From Tortispora ganteri (taxonomy: Eukaryota), in contig PPNB01000003.1 in the NCBI GenBank assembly GCA_003707115.1, positions 248,001-312,000 on the forward strand: a stretch of DNA of 64,000 bases, written 5' to 3'. Each line of letters opens with the position of its first letter. Positions within the stretch are counted from its first letter, which is position 1. The notes below the pieces were generated by a model. It was not told the DNA's origin. It worked only from the letters and a program-made list of their open reading frames with translations, and searched no databases. This document shows, one piece after another, positions 9,774 through 20,990 of this stretch. The position numbers and the translations under genes are program-made.

Positions 9774-12161
9774 ATGCTGCAATTATCAAAGAAGAACATA
9801 ATAGAAGCCCGAAATGCTTTAAAACTTTTAGAGCAAATTGGAAAGACGCAGGCCGTTGCTGGTGTTGGTGCTGGTAGCGTCCGATCTTCCAGATTGCTCC
9901 ATACAATACCTTTACGCAGTGTGGTCATAGGTGCAGCTTCCGTGCGAAGCCGGCAACAAGTCAGGTTGGTCCATCAAGGACGAGGAATGAATCCGCAGCA
10001 GCAGCCCCAGGAGGAGCAAAAGTCTGCCTTAGAGGAGTACGGTACGGATTTGACCAAACTGGCATCTGATGGGAAGTTGGACCCAGTAATTGGCCGCGAT
10101 GAAGAGATTCGACGAACAATTCAAATTCTTTCAAGACGAACAAAAAACAACCCTGCACTGATCGGAAATGCTGGTACAGGTAAAACTGCAATAATGGAAG
10201 GTCTTGCGCAACGAATTGTCAGAGGAGAGGTGCCTGAAAGTGTGAAAAACAAAAGAGTTATAGCACTGGATCTTGGTCAGCTGATATCCGGTGCGAAATA
10301 CCGTGGCGAGTTTGAGGAGCGCTTGAAGAACGTGCTGAAAGAAATCGAAGAGGCGCATGGAGAAGTTATTCTGTTTGTAGACGAGTTACATATCCTTCTA
10401 GGACTAGGAAAATCTGAGGGATCGGTAGATGCGTCTAACCTTCTTAAACCTGCCTTAGCTCGTGGCCAGCTGCAATGCTGCGGAGCTACCACATTGGAAG
10501 AGTACCGTAAATATATCGAGAAGGATGCTGCCTTGGCTAGACGTTTCCAGGCTGTCATTGTCAATGAGCCCTCTGTTCAAGATGCCATAAGTATTTTGCG
10601 AGGTCTCAAGGAGCGCTACGAAGTTCACCACGGTGTGCAAATCTCCGATGGTGCACTTGTCACCGCAGCTGTCTATTCTAACAGGTACATCACAGACCGA
10701 TTTTTGCCTGACAAGGCTATCGATTTGGTCGACGAAGCTTGTTCGGCATTGAGGCTACAGCAAGAGTCTAAGCCTGATGCATTGCAACAATTAGATCGGG
10801 AAATCATGACGATTAAAATTGAACTGGAGTCTCTAAAGAAGGAATCTGACCCTCTTTCTGTAGACCGCCGCAAATCACTCGAAGATAAGCTACGAATCAA
10901 GCAGGAAGAAGCTAAAGAACTGACTGAAGTGTGGGAGAAAGAGAGAGGTGAACTTGAATCAATAAAGACTATCAAGTCAGACATTGAGAAAGCTCGTATT
11001 GACCTTGCTAAAGCGCAGCGTCTAGGCGATTTTGCATCTGCTTCTGAACTTCAATACTCGCGTATTCCGCGTTTAGAAGAAAGGCTAAAGGAGCTTGCTA
11101 AAGCAGAAACAGAGTCCTCACTTCTTCACGATAAAGTTACGTCAAAGGACATCGCAGCTGTTGTATCACGTATGACAGGCATTCCTACTGACAATCTCAT
11201 GAAAGGTGAAAGAGACAGGCTACTTTATATGGAAGAATCACTGAAAGCTCGTGTTATTGGACAAGATGAAGCCATATCTGCGGTTTCTGATGCAGTGAGA
11301 CTCCAACGGGCTGGACTTACAGACCAAAAACGTCCGGTTGCTTCGTTCTTTTTCCTCGGCCCTACCGGTACCGGTAAAACGGAACTTACTAAGGCATTGG
11401 CCAGTTTTCTGTTTGACGATGAGAAAGCTATAGTGCGGTTTGATATGAGTGAGTTCCAAGAGAAGTTCAGTATCAGTCGGCTAATTGGTTCGCCCCCCGG
11501 ATATGTTGGATATGAGGAAAGTGGTGAACTAACTGAAGCTGTTCGTCGCAAGCCGTATGCTGTTGTTTTGTTTGACGAGTTTGAGAAGGCACATCCTGAT
11601 ATTTCTAAGCTTCTTTTGCAAGTGCTTGATGAGGGATTTTTAACAGATAGTCAAGGACGACGGGTTGATTTCCGGAATACTATCATTGTAATGACAAGCA
11701 ATGTTGGACAAGACCTTCTTGTTAACGAAGCGAATGCTAACAAAGCCGATGACGGAAAGGTAACGCCGGAATTGGCCGAGAAAGTCTTGAACACTGTTCG
11801 CAACATGTATCCTCCTGAATTTTTGAATAGGCTGGATGAGCTGTTAGTGTTCAACCGGTTATCACACAAGTCGCTACGCCGTATTGTGGATATTAGACTG
11901 AATGAGGTGCAAGAGCGCATTGCGGAGAAGCGCATTACGATCGATATTACAGATTCCGCCAAGCAGTGGCTAGCTGATAAAGGATACGACTACAGATATG
12001 GTGCACGTCCCTTGAACCGTCTTATTCAGAAGAGGTTATTGAATCCGATGGCGATGTATCTCATCAAAGGCGAGATTCGCGAAGGCGATTCGGTGAAAGT
12101 GACTATTGAGAAAGGCGAGCTTGTCGTGCACCCCAATCATAAACCTAATGAGGACGCATAA
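9774..12161 (+). CDS. HSP78: Mitochondrial ClpB-type disaggregase Hsp78
   Basis: Arg-rich presequence and no Clp N-domain. [13 protein letters not shown], Walker A motifs GNAGTGKT and GPTGTGKT, M-domain coiled coil, YGARPLNR. Confidence 0.96.
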   Translation: MLQLSKKNIIEARNALKLLEQIGKTQAVAGVGAGSVRSSRLLHTIPLRSVVIGAASVRSRQQVRLVHQGRGMNPQQQPQEEQKSALEEYGTDLTKLASDGKLDPVIGRDEEIRRTIQILSRRTKNNPALIGNAGTGKTAIMEGLAQRIVRGEVPESVKNKRVIALDLGQLISGAKYRGEFEERLKNVLKEIEEAHGEVILFVDELHILLGLGKSEGSVDASNLLKPALARGQLQCCGATTLEEYRKYIEKDAALARRFQAVIVNEPSVQDAISILRGLKERYEVHHGVQISDGALVTAAVYSNRYITDRFLPDKAIDLVDEACSALRLQQESKPDALQQLDREIMTIKIELESLKKESDPLSVDRRKSLEDKLRIKQEEAKELTEVWEKERGELESIKTIKSDIEKARIDLAKAQRLGDFASASELQYSRIPRLEERLKELAKAETESSLLHDKVTSKDIAAVVSRMTGIPTDNLMKGERDRLLYMEESLKARVIGQDEAISAVSDAVRLQRAGLTDQKRPVASFFFLGPTGTGKTELTKALASFLFDDEKAIVRFDMSEFQEKFSISRLIGSPPGYVGYEESGELTEAVRRKPYAVVLFDEFEKAHPDISKLLLQVLDEGFLTDSQGRRVDFRNTIIVMTSNVGQDLLVNEANANKADDGKVTPELAEKVLNTVRNMYPPEFLNRLDELLVFNRLSHKSLRRIVDIRLNEVQERIAEKRITIDITDSAKQWLADKGYDYRYGARPLNRLIQKRLLNPMAMYLIKGEIREGDSVKVTIEKGELVVHPNHKPNEDA

Positions 12162-12260
12162 ACATGTAAATAATTATTTTTTATCATTTTAGCATATAAT
12201 ATCGTGTATATATAATAATGCATACAAAGATAAGTAGAGAGGTCATTCATAAATTTGTAA

Positions 12261-13307
12261 TTAATTTGCTTTTTGAGGCAATTTTGGGGGTGTGATAGAC
12301 GAGAGAGTTTGTAATTTCTGTCTGCGCAAAAGATCTGCTGGATCCTGGTCTGGTTCTACCCAGGTGAATCCTTCGCCGCCGCGAGCCCAGTATTCTTTCA
12401 TGTTTGCTTCGTCTTCGCTTTGAAGTAGCATCATGTTGCGGCGGGCAAGTTCGCTCCGGACGTAGGAGGACACTTCACCGTTGTTTTTGGGGTTGAGTTC
12501 GTCTGCCTCTACAATCTTAGTCATCATTATAAGCTCCTGTGCACGTGGATACCACTTGTGTTGTGGGAATCCTCGAGCCCAGGTGACGCGACCAGCGGCA
12601 TCTGATCGTCGGCCTGCCATGACGATGTAGAATAGGATACCCGTGTTTCCAAGGTATGCTGCGAGCATGGACTGGAGCCAGAGTGTACTTTCTATGAGTC
12701 CAAATACACCAGAACGCATGAGAGCCTCTGCTGCAACCATGACACCACCCGAAATACCAAGCCAGGCATAGACACCCTTCATAGCTGTGCGCGAAGCATG
12801 CTGGCGCCAGCGCGGGTGTGCCGCTGACAGGTCAACAATACGTATAGCATCTTTAATCTGATCGCGTAATAAAGCATTTCGTAAAGGTATCATAGCGACG
12901 TTTGTGTCGACATAAGTCTTGGAGCTTTTGTTTCGTTCATAGAAGAGTTCAAGCGCCGAGATGGCGTCCTTTGTGTCGGGGAAAGGCCGACATGTAAAGT
13001 AAGTGCGTAGTATGTCGTTTGAAAGGGGCAATTTGTGGTTCTGTATTATCTTACGTGTTAAATCGACGACTTTCTGTGTTGGTTCGAGATCTAGCAGTTT
13101 CTGCGGCTCGTCGTTAGATCTATAGAAGGCAGCTGATCTTTTCATTATAATTTTGCAGTCTTCCAGCAGACTTACTACAGATCTTTCAGACACAGCATCT
13201 GCAGCGCAAATATCATCTATTCGAGAGCGCAAAGATGTCATAGTCAGTGTAGACCCATAGCGAATGTGATACGGTTGCTTTATATATCGTAAAAGCGCTT
13301 TTCTCAT
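12261..13307 (-). CDS. Uncharacterised protein, probably mitochondrial membrane
   Basis: Basic N-terminal presequence-like segment, two hydrophobic stretches, and a C-terminal EYWARGGEGFTWVEPDQDPA that looks conserved. Function not recognised. Confidence 0.6.
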   Translation of the reverse strand: MRKALLRYIKQPYHIRYGSTLTMTSLRSRIDDICAADAVSERSVVSLLEDCKIIMKRSAAFYRSNDEPQKLLDLEPTQKVVDLTRKIIQNHKLPLSNDILRTYFTCRPFPDTKDAISALELFYERNKSSKTYVDTNVAMIPLRNALLRDQIKDAIRIVDLSAAHPRWRQHASRTAMKGVYAWLGISGGVMVAAEALMRSGVFGLIESTLWLQSMLAAYLGNTGILFYIVMAGRRSDAAGRVTWARGFPQHKWYPRAQELIMMTKIVEADELNPKNNGEVSSYVRSELARRNMMLLQSEDEANMKEYWARGGEGFTWVEPDQDPADLLRRQKLQTLSSITPPKLPQKAN

Positions 13308-13421
13308 TTGTGTGGAACAGTGAAGTGGAAGTTTTGCAATTCACGTTGGGTGGAGGTGTTTTACTACGACAACTGGTAAAAATATAAAATATAAAAAAAA
13401 AAAACCGTTATTTCGTAATCA

Positions 13422-14942
13422 TCAGTCTCTAAATTTCGTTGCCCGCGAGATATTCTTCTTTATACCCGTGAGTTCGCCCTGATAGGCGGTTTCTGGTATC
13501 TTGTACACCTGCTGTTGCGACCGAAGACGTTTCTGGGCCTTGTTATACTGCACCCTCTTCTTGACGCGTGAGTTCCTGTTTTCCTTCTTTCTCTTAGGTG
13601 TAAGACCCTTGTTTTTAAGTATTTGATAGTCAATAGCGCGCTTACCGTCTTCACTCACAGTCTGCGCGAGTTCACCGAGTTTGCCGTCACGTGCAGCAAG
13701 CAGTGCAGCTTCATGTGCTTCTTTTCTGCGCTGTTTCCGCAATTTCTGTTTGCCTGGCCGGTTCTCGTCAATCATTTCTTCATCTGAATCATCTCCACCA
13801 AGAGCCTCACGCTCAGACACAGGATCTACTCCGCGTTTATGCGCCAATTCATTCAAGTGATCGTTTCTGTTGTCTCTCGTCGTATACGGCACATCATCAT
13901 CTCCATGTACTAGAGCATCTGTTCGTCGTTCGCGTTGCGAGATCTTAGACGTGTAGAATCTTAGACTGCGTTTTCGTTTTTGCTTCTCTTCTTCGTCAAC
14001 ATCTTCGTCGTCACCGTAATCGTTGGTCAGGCTTGTAACAGCAATTTTCTTGGCTTTCTTGGTCACTGCGGTTTCCTCAATAAACTCTTCCGATACGTCC
14101 GAGTCCTCTATCTCCTCATCAGGTTCATCTTCAATCTCCTCGTCGGATTCTCCTTCAATTTCTTCGCTACGTTCTTCTTCAATATCCTCGCTGTCGTCTG
14201 CTGCTTCAGCTAGCTCGCCATTCTCAGACTGCTCTACCGTTTCCTGTTCTACCATGCTGTCATAAAACGAAAAAAGCCGTCGGCACTGCACTAAAGCGTC
14301 CATTATCGGATGTGATTTCAGGTTCCGCGAAGGGTTCTCGGATATCAATAGAAAATATGTCGCTACTGTACCCATGTACAGCGTGAGAGACTTACATTTA
14401 TCAGACCCCGGTTCTGTTGCAGTTAGTTCCTTCAGCAAAGGTGTGAGTCTCTTGAAATCACGCATAAGGAACTTAGTCTCCTTTGCGGCGGCGCTCGATG
14501 TCTCAGCTGTGAAAGTCACAGGTGCTGCGTCTTCCACATTAAATTCACCATCGTAGAAATCATCCTCGTTCAGATCAGCAAGTTGTTGTTTTCTGAGTTT
14601 TAAAGCTGTTTGTTCCTCTAGTTCAGCGTCAGATTCGCTGTCAACCTCATCTGCATCGTAGTAAGAACTTTTTGAAGCGCCCCAATGATCAACATCGATA
14701 TCTTCAAGCACTGATTTCTGTATCTTCTTTTTCGGTCTTTCTTCGAAACTTGCTTCTCGGGAGTCGCTTGCCTCGCTCTCGGAGACTTCTGATTCGTCTG
14801 ATCTCGCCATAGGCAAGCCCAGCACCTCGTCGTCATCTAACCGCTCATCATCCTTGTACACAGGCGCCGTATTCAGTAAAATCTGGTCGTCTTGTCTGTG
14901 AAAACTATCGACTTCATCGTCTATCCAGTCCTCATCGGCCAT
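13422..14942 (-). CDS. SAS10: SSU processome subunit Sas10/Utp3
   Basis: Acidic N-half, WGASKSSYY, HPIMDAL, and the Sas10 C-terminal domain GKRAIDYQILKNKGLTPKRKKENRNSRVKKR...YQGELTGIK. Confidence 0.95.
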   Translation of the reverse strand: MADEDWIDDEVDSFHRQDDQILLNTAPVYKDDERLDDDEVLGLPMARSDESEVSESEASDSREASFEERPKKKIQKSVLEDIDVDHWGASKSSYYDADEVDSESDAELEEQTALKLRKQQLADLNEDDFYDGEFNVEDAAPVTFTAETSSAAAKETKFLMRDFKRLTPLLKELTATEPGSDKCKSLTLYMGTVATYFLLISENPSRNLKSHPIMDALVQCRRLFSFYDSMVEQETVEQSENGELAEAADDSEDIEEERSEEIEGESDEEIEDEPDEEIEDSDVSEEFIEETAVTKKAKKIAVTSLTNDYGDDEDVDEEEKQKRKRSLRFYTSKISQRERRTDALVHGDDDVPYTTRDNRNDHLNELAHKRGVDPVSEREALGGDDSDEEMIDENRPGKQKLRKQRRKEAHEAALLAARDGKLGELAQTVSEDGKRAIDYQILKNKGLTPKRKKENRNSRVKKRVQYNKAQKRLRSQQQVYKIPETAYQGELTGIKKNISRATKFRD

Positions 14943-15421
14943 AATCGCACAGATCGCTTCGATATTTCTCGAAGTCCCCTTATAGTATTTTAGTGGTTAT
15001 TTTTGTAGCATTTTGGGTAAAAATTCTGGCCTGGGAAAAATTCCACATTTAAGGTTTTCTGGCTACTACGCCAGGCAGCAAACAAACGCAATCAGGGCTT
15101 TCCTCCCCTTATAAACAGAACTTCGAATTTCACCACACGCGAAATGCATTCTGACCTAGCAAAACTTCCCACATAATGTGAATTTGTTTAATCTGTATAT
15201 TGATTATACTTGATCCAAATATATCTTGCATTAATCGAAACAGTCATCTTTGTTTTTCTTTGCGAATCAATAAAGTTTATAATGGAATGCTCCTATACAC
15301 ACTATTCTTTTGTGATTTTCATTTCCCATCTCCAACAGTGACTTTTCCTCAACAAGCTTTCATATAATAAAGTCGACATCTTTTCTCCACGACTCCTTTT
15401 CCCCTTTCACTAAAAATAATC

Positions 15422-16297
15422 ATGGGATTTGACACAAACAATAAGAATATCATAATCACAGGCGGTTCACAGGGACTGGGCTTTGAGCTTGCTAAACTGT
15501 GTGTACTAAACGGCTGCGCGAAATTGACTATTGTCGCGCGTACCGAGTCTAAATTAAAAAGCTCCACCGCCGCTCTACACTCATTGGCTCCAGGTAAGGT
15601 GTTTGTTCAGTACTTCGTCGCTGACCTCACACTCCCAGAAAGCTCTCAGGCCCTCATAGAGTTTGCCGGCGCTCCTGATATTCTGATCTGTGCAGCAGGT
15701 GCCGCTGATCCCGGTATGATCGTAGATCAAGAACCGCAAGCACTTAAAGCAGGCTTCGATGTGAATTTCTTGACCTGTCTCTACATCTCACACGCAGCAT
15801 TACGTGTAATGGCCCTAAAACAATGCCCTTACGAACGAAATATACTCTTCGTATCCTCTGTCCTGGCTTTTTACCCACTCATAGGCTATGGCTCCTATTC
15901 GCCCGCAAAGGCCGCTGTGCGGTCCTTGGCTGACACCCTTCGACAAGAGGCTCTAATTTACAACATATCCGTTGCCTGTGCTTATCCTGGGAATTTTCTC
16001 TCAGAAGGTTACACTAAAGAAATGGAAACCAAACCGGCTATCACTATCGAACTTGAAGGCTCCTCACCTGCTATCTCGACTGCAAAATGCGCAGATATAA
16101 TATTTAAGAAACTTGTTCGCGGCCAGCAATCAATTACAACTGACTTTATTGGCTTTGTATTACAAGGAACTATGATCGGTCATGGACCAGTACATTACTG
16201 GTTCATTCAAGTTTTCTTCTCTAGCCTGCTCTGCTTCATATTGATTCTGGTTTCAGCCACTCATAGGCGAAAAATTAAGAAAGAACTCTCCAAATGA
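15422..16297 (+). CDS. TSC10: 3-ketodihydrosphingosine reductase (SDR family)
   Basis: ITGGSQGLG, IVARTESKL, catalytic YSPAK, PGNFLSEGY..E..TKP.IT..LEG, C-terminal hydrophobic segment. Confidence 0.9.
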   Translation: MGFDTNNKNIIITGGSQGLGFELAKLCVLNGCAKLTIVARTESKLKSSTAALHSLAPGKVFVQYFVADLTLPESSQALIEFAGAPDILICAAGAADPGMIVDQEPQALKAGFDVNFLTCLYISHAALRVMALKQCPYERNILFVSSVLAFYPLIGYGSYSPAKAAVRSLADTLRQEALIYNISVACAYPGNFLSEGYTKEMETKPAITIELEGSSPAISTAKCADIIFKKLVRGQQSITTDFIGFVLQGTMIGHGPVHYWFIQVFFSSLLCFILILVSATHRRKIKKELSK

Positions 16298-16475
16298 CGT
16301 GTTACGGCTCATTAATTTTATACTAATAATGCACAAAAAATTATTATATCATAGTAGAAAAGTAAGCATAAGCTAGAAATACCCCAGCGTAAAAGCATTG
16401 TTTTCTCAAGGAAAAAACATCCAAAACAACAAACAATTAATGACCAAATGCTGTGTCATGTGGCGTCTACCAACT

Positions 16476-18950
16476 CTATAGTTGCATGGTCTTATATACA
16501 TGCACAAGACCATCGTTTCGTTTGCTGAATGTACTCCATACCGGGAGATAATCCAGTAATTCGTTGTACGCCGTCAGAGCACCGCCTTCAGGTACCCATT
16601 CATTGAAATAGCATCCTACTTCAGCACTGACAGGATCCTCGGTCGCTTTAGTCACCTTAAAATCAAAGGGAATGCCAAAGTCACGATGCCACGCAACAAC
16701 ATCCGTTTGCTCTGCTATCACTTCATCGGCTCCAGCGAACGTGCTCAAAGACACAGAAATGCCAGTTGCATCACTAAAACGTATAAAACATGTTTTAGAT
16801 AAAGGGGCATTAATGTGCAGGTTGGTTTCAGTCATGGTGCTTTTATTCGATGATATTTGAACCCAGTTTGAGGGCAGGCCCGGTAGCTCAGGGAGTGGTG
16901 CAGTATAAGTACATATCTCTTGGCTTTCCATAACACATGTGAGCTCATTATCTATAGCGCTAGCACTGGGTAGAAATTTCACTGACTTCTCTGTAAAACC
17001 GGCTGGTCCATAAACAAAGAACGTCGAATTAGGTGACTTTTCATAGGTTATATCAACCATTTGGGTCACTGCAACTTTCATAGGAGCCAGTTCAGAAAAC
17101 GGTGAAAGAATAAGTGAGTACCCTAACGAAATAAGAGCTAAAACAAGAAGTAAAAATAGAGACTTCTTGCCTGCATCCACTAGGAAGGGAGACAATAGGA
17201 AAGTCAAAAGAACTGCACCGATGGAATATACTCCTAGCAGCTTATCCGGTGTGATACCAGAAGCGTCGATAATAGCAGGCCCTAGCGCATCGTGAACCTG
17301 GCCCATAGTTAACCCAATCATTATAACCGGTACAATACCAGCAAACAAAAATTCTAATACACTCAAATCGTACTTTGGAACGGGGGGCAGTGGAATTACT
17401 TTTTGAAGCCTGATAGTTCTTGTGACAGACTCAGTATCCATATGACCAGAAGCAGATGAGGCAGCAGGAGCTGCGTCGTAAGCAGAACTGTTATCCGAAA
17501 GTAAGCGAGTAGATTCATTGGGGATATCCGTCACAGGAACTTGTATAACTTTAAAGAAAGGCAATGATAGACAGTAAAAGAACATAGCAGCGGAAGTGCA
17601 GGAAAAAAAGATTGTGATGTAGTACGTGCTACCGAGCCCGTAGTGTAAAGAAGCAAATATGCTCCAAATCATGGCAATCCACAGGATAAAATGTTGCCAG
17701 ATATAGAGTTTGTAGCGTATATTCTCACAGGGGCGACAGTGGTTTGATATCACAAGAATGTAAGAGGCAACAACAATAGTTGACGAAACAACAGCCAACA
17801 ATGGGAAATAAGACGAGTATGGCGCGTAAGGATTATACCAGTTTATGGCAAAAGAGACTAAGAACGCAGTAGCCAAACTGAAAAGGAGAGTTAGAGGCAG
17901 TCTCATCCAGCCGCGCCAGCCCAGTTTAGCGTGACCATACTTTGCCCTTCGCAGCGCGCGGATGATACCTGGTGCGAGTATTATTAGGGCTATGTTGATT
18001 AATGTCAGTTGAACTGGATGGATAACAACAAAAATAAGCCCCATTATATCAAAAAAGGCACCGCCTTCTATAGGTTTGTGGAGGTTTAAATCGTCATTGG
18101 CAAAAGCCGCAACAATGTATTGCGCAGAAGTAAGCACTTGGTATAAGGAAGCACGAGAGAAGTACTTTGGATTGTCAAGAGGGGTATGATAATGATGTCT
18201 TCTCTTATAAAAAGCGAGATCAAGGCCTCTTAGGCCATGTGCTGCATATACTTCGTAATCAGTGTACGAACCTAGTACTCCGCTAGCGTAAGCATCTTGC
18301 TCGAGGGTGTTACCTTTGCCAACGAGATTAATACCAGCAAAAGAAGAAGCAACTTGCGAATCTGTAGCTCTATATATGACGGCTTTACCGCCGGCACCTG
18401 CACCTTCTATGTTAAGGAAGAATGCGACAGACTTAGAGGCCGGGTGTTCGAAGAACGCATGTGCGCCAAAGAGGCCGAGCTCTTCGCCGGTATTGAAATT
18501 GAACACAATTGGTCGTTTAGGCGGGTTTTTGGCATAAAATTCTACTAGTGCGAGCATAACAGCTATTGAATGGCCATCATCTGTGGTGCCATAACTTGTT
18601 TGTACTGAATCAAAATGACCTGAGACAAGCAGGCCGTCTTTGCCCTGACCGATTTGGGCAATTATATTTGAACCTTCAAAAAACGAGCGACTCACTATTT
18701 GACTAGTTTTGTCGTCATATATAGTGACATTTGAGCCGAATTCAGCGAGTCGAGATAGAATGTATTGTCTTACAGAATCATGACTTGTTGACCCGTACGG
18801 ATGCGGCTGCTGCGATATAACTTGAAGGTCTTTCCAGGCCATTTCTAACTCCTTTGACGGCATTTGTGGAGCAAATGGGTCTAAAGATTCAAACCACAAT
18901 GCCGCCAGGAAAAAAGTCGCCAGTAAAACTGCGCTAAATGAGCTTTTCAT
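16476..18950 (-). CDS. PFF1: Vacuolar membrane M28 metalloprotease (Pff1/YBR074W, ERMP1-like)
   Basis: PHPYGS, SGHFDSV, TTDDG, NTGEELGLFGA, NIEGAGAGG, TDYEVY, YHT, followed by multiple TM segments. Confidence 0.88.
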   Translation of the reverse strand: MKSSFSAVLLATFFLAALWFESLDPFAPQMPSKELEMAWKDLQVISQQPHPYGSTSHDSVRQYILSRLAEFGSNVTIYDDKTSQIVSRSFFEGSNIIAQIGQGKDGLLVSGHFDSVQTSYGTTDDGHSIAVMLALVEFYAKNPPKRPIVFNFNTGEELGLFGAHAFFEHPASKSVAFFLNIEGAGAGGKAVIYRATDSQVASSFAGINLVGKGNTLEQDAYASGVLGSYTDYEVYAAHGLRGLDLAFYKRRHHYHTPLDNPKYFSRASLYQVLTSAQYIVAAFANDDLNLHKPIEGGAFFDIMGLIFVVIHPVQLTLINIALIILAPGIIRALRRAKYGHAKLGWRGWMRLPLTLLFSLATAFLVSFAINWYNPYAPYSSYFPLLAVVSSTIVVASYILVISNHCRPCENIRYKLYIWQHFILWIAMIWSIFASLHYGLGSTYYITIFFSCTSAAMFFYCLSLPFFKVIQVPVTDIPNESTRLLSDNSSAYDAAPAASSASGHMDTESVTRTIRLQKVIPLPPVPKYDLSVLEFLFAGIVPVIMIGLTMGQVHDALGPAIIDASGITPDKLLGVYSIGAVLLTFLLSPFLVDAGKKSLFLLLVLALISLGYSLILSPFSELAPMKVAVTQMVDITYEKSPNSTFFVYGPAGFTEKSVKFLPSASAIDNELTCVMESQEICTYTAPLPELPGLPSNWVQISSNKSTMTETNLHINAPLSKTCFIRFSDATGISVSLSTFAGADEVIAEQTDVVAWHRDFGIPFDFKVTKATEDPVSAEVGCYFNEWVPEGGALTAYNELLDYLPVWSTFSKRNDGLVHVYKTMQL

Positions 18951-19119
18951 TTCTAGATGGCAAGAAATAAGCTGAGCTCAAACATAAACAGATTGACAAT
19001 GAGCTCAATTGACCAATCATAGGTGTTACTTGAAACCCAAACTGTCTTGTAGGTACGGCTGACAGGATACTGGTACGATCGAATATACGAATTTTAAGTC
19101 TAAAATAATAATATTGCTA

Positions 19120-20601
19120 TTATACTTCGAAGAGCTCTCTGTGGAAGCATAATCTGTGCATATGCGTCACATGTTCGCATTCATTGACCATTTTGTGAGA
19201 TCCGCAGGCCACTACCCAGCGGCTTCTGTTGACATTGCGCCCCAAGGCTGCGAATTCATGGATCGTTTGCCGGATAGGCACGCGTTTGCGCAATAGGTTG
19301 TATCGAGAAGAGTTGTTGTCTATAGAATCATCAAACTGTTCCAGTTCCATAGCTACAGATTCTTCTTTTGTGGCTGTGGTTGATGGAGAGAAGTATAGGT
19401 CGAAGACGAAATCGACATCCTGTGGGGGTAGATTGAGCTGTTCGAGCATCTGGCAGTCTGATATTTTGCTAATCTGCCATACCAGATGTACTGTTTTGTG
19501 TTTCTTAACGAAGTCTCTGACCAGCGGGGCGGCAAAAGTAATACCAATACCGCCGACTATAAATAATATATCTATTGCGTGAGAGTGCAATCCCATAGCG
19601 GTATCAGGAAACGGTCCAATAAGCATGTGAGGTCTATAGTCAAGTCTGTCGGTCCATTTGCCGGGGACACGGCGGATGAGGATCAGAATATGGTCGTCCT
19701 CGGGGAGTGAGGCGACAGTGAAAGGATGCGATTCAAACGGAAACAAGATTGTCATGATATATGTGCAGCTGCGTATAAAGAAACTTTTGTGCGCATGACC
19801 ACGACTAATCCTGACATGAGATCCCGGTACAAATGTGTGCGGTAGCATTTTGCGTGGTAGCTTAAGCATCGCAACTGACGATGTGAGAGCAAGCGGTATG
19901 ACGCTTCGCGGAATGAACTTTGTGCCGAATACCGTTATCAACTTCTGTATACCCAGAAATGCGCAAGATATACTCATAAACACTGTAGGTCTGGAATGAT
20001 CTGGATGTAAAAACAAAAAAATAGTGATGATAATCGAGAACGGATAGTGAATTGCGTAGAAGAGGCCGTGCCATCTATCACGAAAGAAGCGGAGCGATGT
20101 GACGACCATAACGAGCATCAGAAAGAATGCGACTATTCCCATAACGTTAGGCCAATATGTCAGGTGACCAGCTGCATTTGTGTATACGTAGTAGCAGGTA
20201 AAAAGCACACCATGCAAAAACGTGACTACAAACATGAGCCGTGATATCCATTTGTGCAAAACAAGATACTTCAGATAGGAGACATGGAACTTACTTGACC
20301 AGATAGGAATCCTAAGAGTCATCAAAATCATAGCTGGAAACAGCGCTGCCGCCATATGGCCAGACTTCTCGGCGAGAAACAGGTACAGGTCGTGCAGATC
20401 GACAAACAAGAAAATGATAGTAAGTAATGATAGCAGAAAGAGGAAAATGAATGGCTGAGGTTTGCGGGTAGTGATAGTGAGAAGAACAAAAACAATACAC
20501 AAAAACATTGATACTGCGAACTCGATCATGCTATATCTGGTGTTTAGCACAGCTCTGAGCGCTATTAGCGCCTCGGTCGAAGGTGTCTTGATCGGCAACA
20601 T
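19120..20601 (-). CDS. Ferric/cupric reductase or NADPH-oxidase family protein (Aim14/Fre8-like)
   Basis: Haem-ligand histidines (LHKWISR...LHG; YAIHY...FLH), FAD motif HPFTVAS, NADPH motif VGGIGIT, VACGS. First ATG is at 20601. Confidence 0.85.
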   Translation of the reverse strand: MLPIKTPSTEALIALRAVLNTRYSMIEFAVSMFLCIVFVLLTITTRKPQPFIFLFLLSLLTIIFLFVDLHDLYLFLAEKSGHMAAALFPAMILMTLRIPIWSSKFHVSYLKYLVLHKWISRLMFVVTFLHGVLFTCYYVYTNAAGHLTYWPNVMGIVAFFLMLVMVVTSLRFFRDRWHGLFYAIHYPFSIIITIFLFLHPDHSRPTVFMSISCAFLGIQKLITVFGTKFIPRSVIPLALTSSVAMLKLPRKMLPHTFVPGSHVRISRGHAHKSFFIRSCTYIMTILFPFESHPFTVASLPEDDHILILIRRVPGKWTDRLDYRPHMLIGPFPDTAMGLHSHAIDILFIVGGIGITFAAPLVRDFVKKHKTVHLVWQISKISDCQMLEQLNLPPQDVDFVFDLYFSPSTTATKEESVAMELEQFDDSIDNNSSRYNLLRKRVPIRQTIHEFAALGRNVNRSRWVVACGSHKMVNECEHVTHMHRLCFHRELFEV

Positions 20602-20754
20602 TTCAAATAAATAGCCAAACAAAGGTACCTGCAGTTGTCTTTATATAAGCGTTGGTGGTTTTAGGTGCAATATAAAAAAAAATTCTTAATTCAATAGTTT
20701 GCTTTTATTCGTTTGGTCAACTTTCTAGCCGTTCGTTAAATGAGATACAAGTAT

Positions 20755-20774
20755 AACGAGCAAATTAGCTCGTT
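20755..20774. promoter_or_regulatory. Putative Mac1 copper-response element inside an inverted repeat
   Basis: AACGAGC-AAATTA-GCTCGTT. CGAGCAAA is TTTGCTCG on the minus strand, matching TTTGC(T/G)C(A/G). Confidence 0.5.
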
Positions 20775-20981
20775 TTGTACATTTTTTGAGTAGGAATTAA
20801 GCTTTCTGCCACGCAGCAGTTGCAAACTATCCGTAGTATATCAAAAATTCTCCTTGGCTTTTTTTATGGACTTGAAATTGATGTCAAGAGATTGTACGCA
20901 TTCTTTTTTTATAAGTGTTACTGCTGAAAAATGTTGTTGAAAGATTGTACTCAGTCACTTCTCCATTTTCCCCATATCTGT

Positions 20982-20990
20982 TTATCAGAT
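20982..20990 (-). promoter_or_regulatory. Putative iron-responsive GATA repressor site (SreA/Fep1/Sfu1 type)
   Basis: TTATCAGAT is ATCTGATAA on the minus strand, an exact match to ATCWGATAA, upstream of the ferric reductase. Confidence 0.45.
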
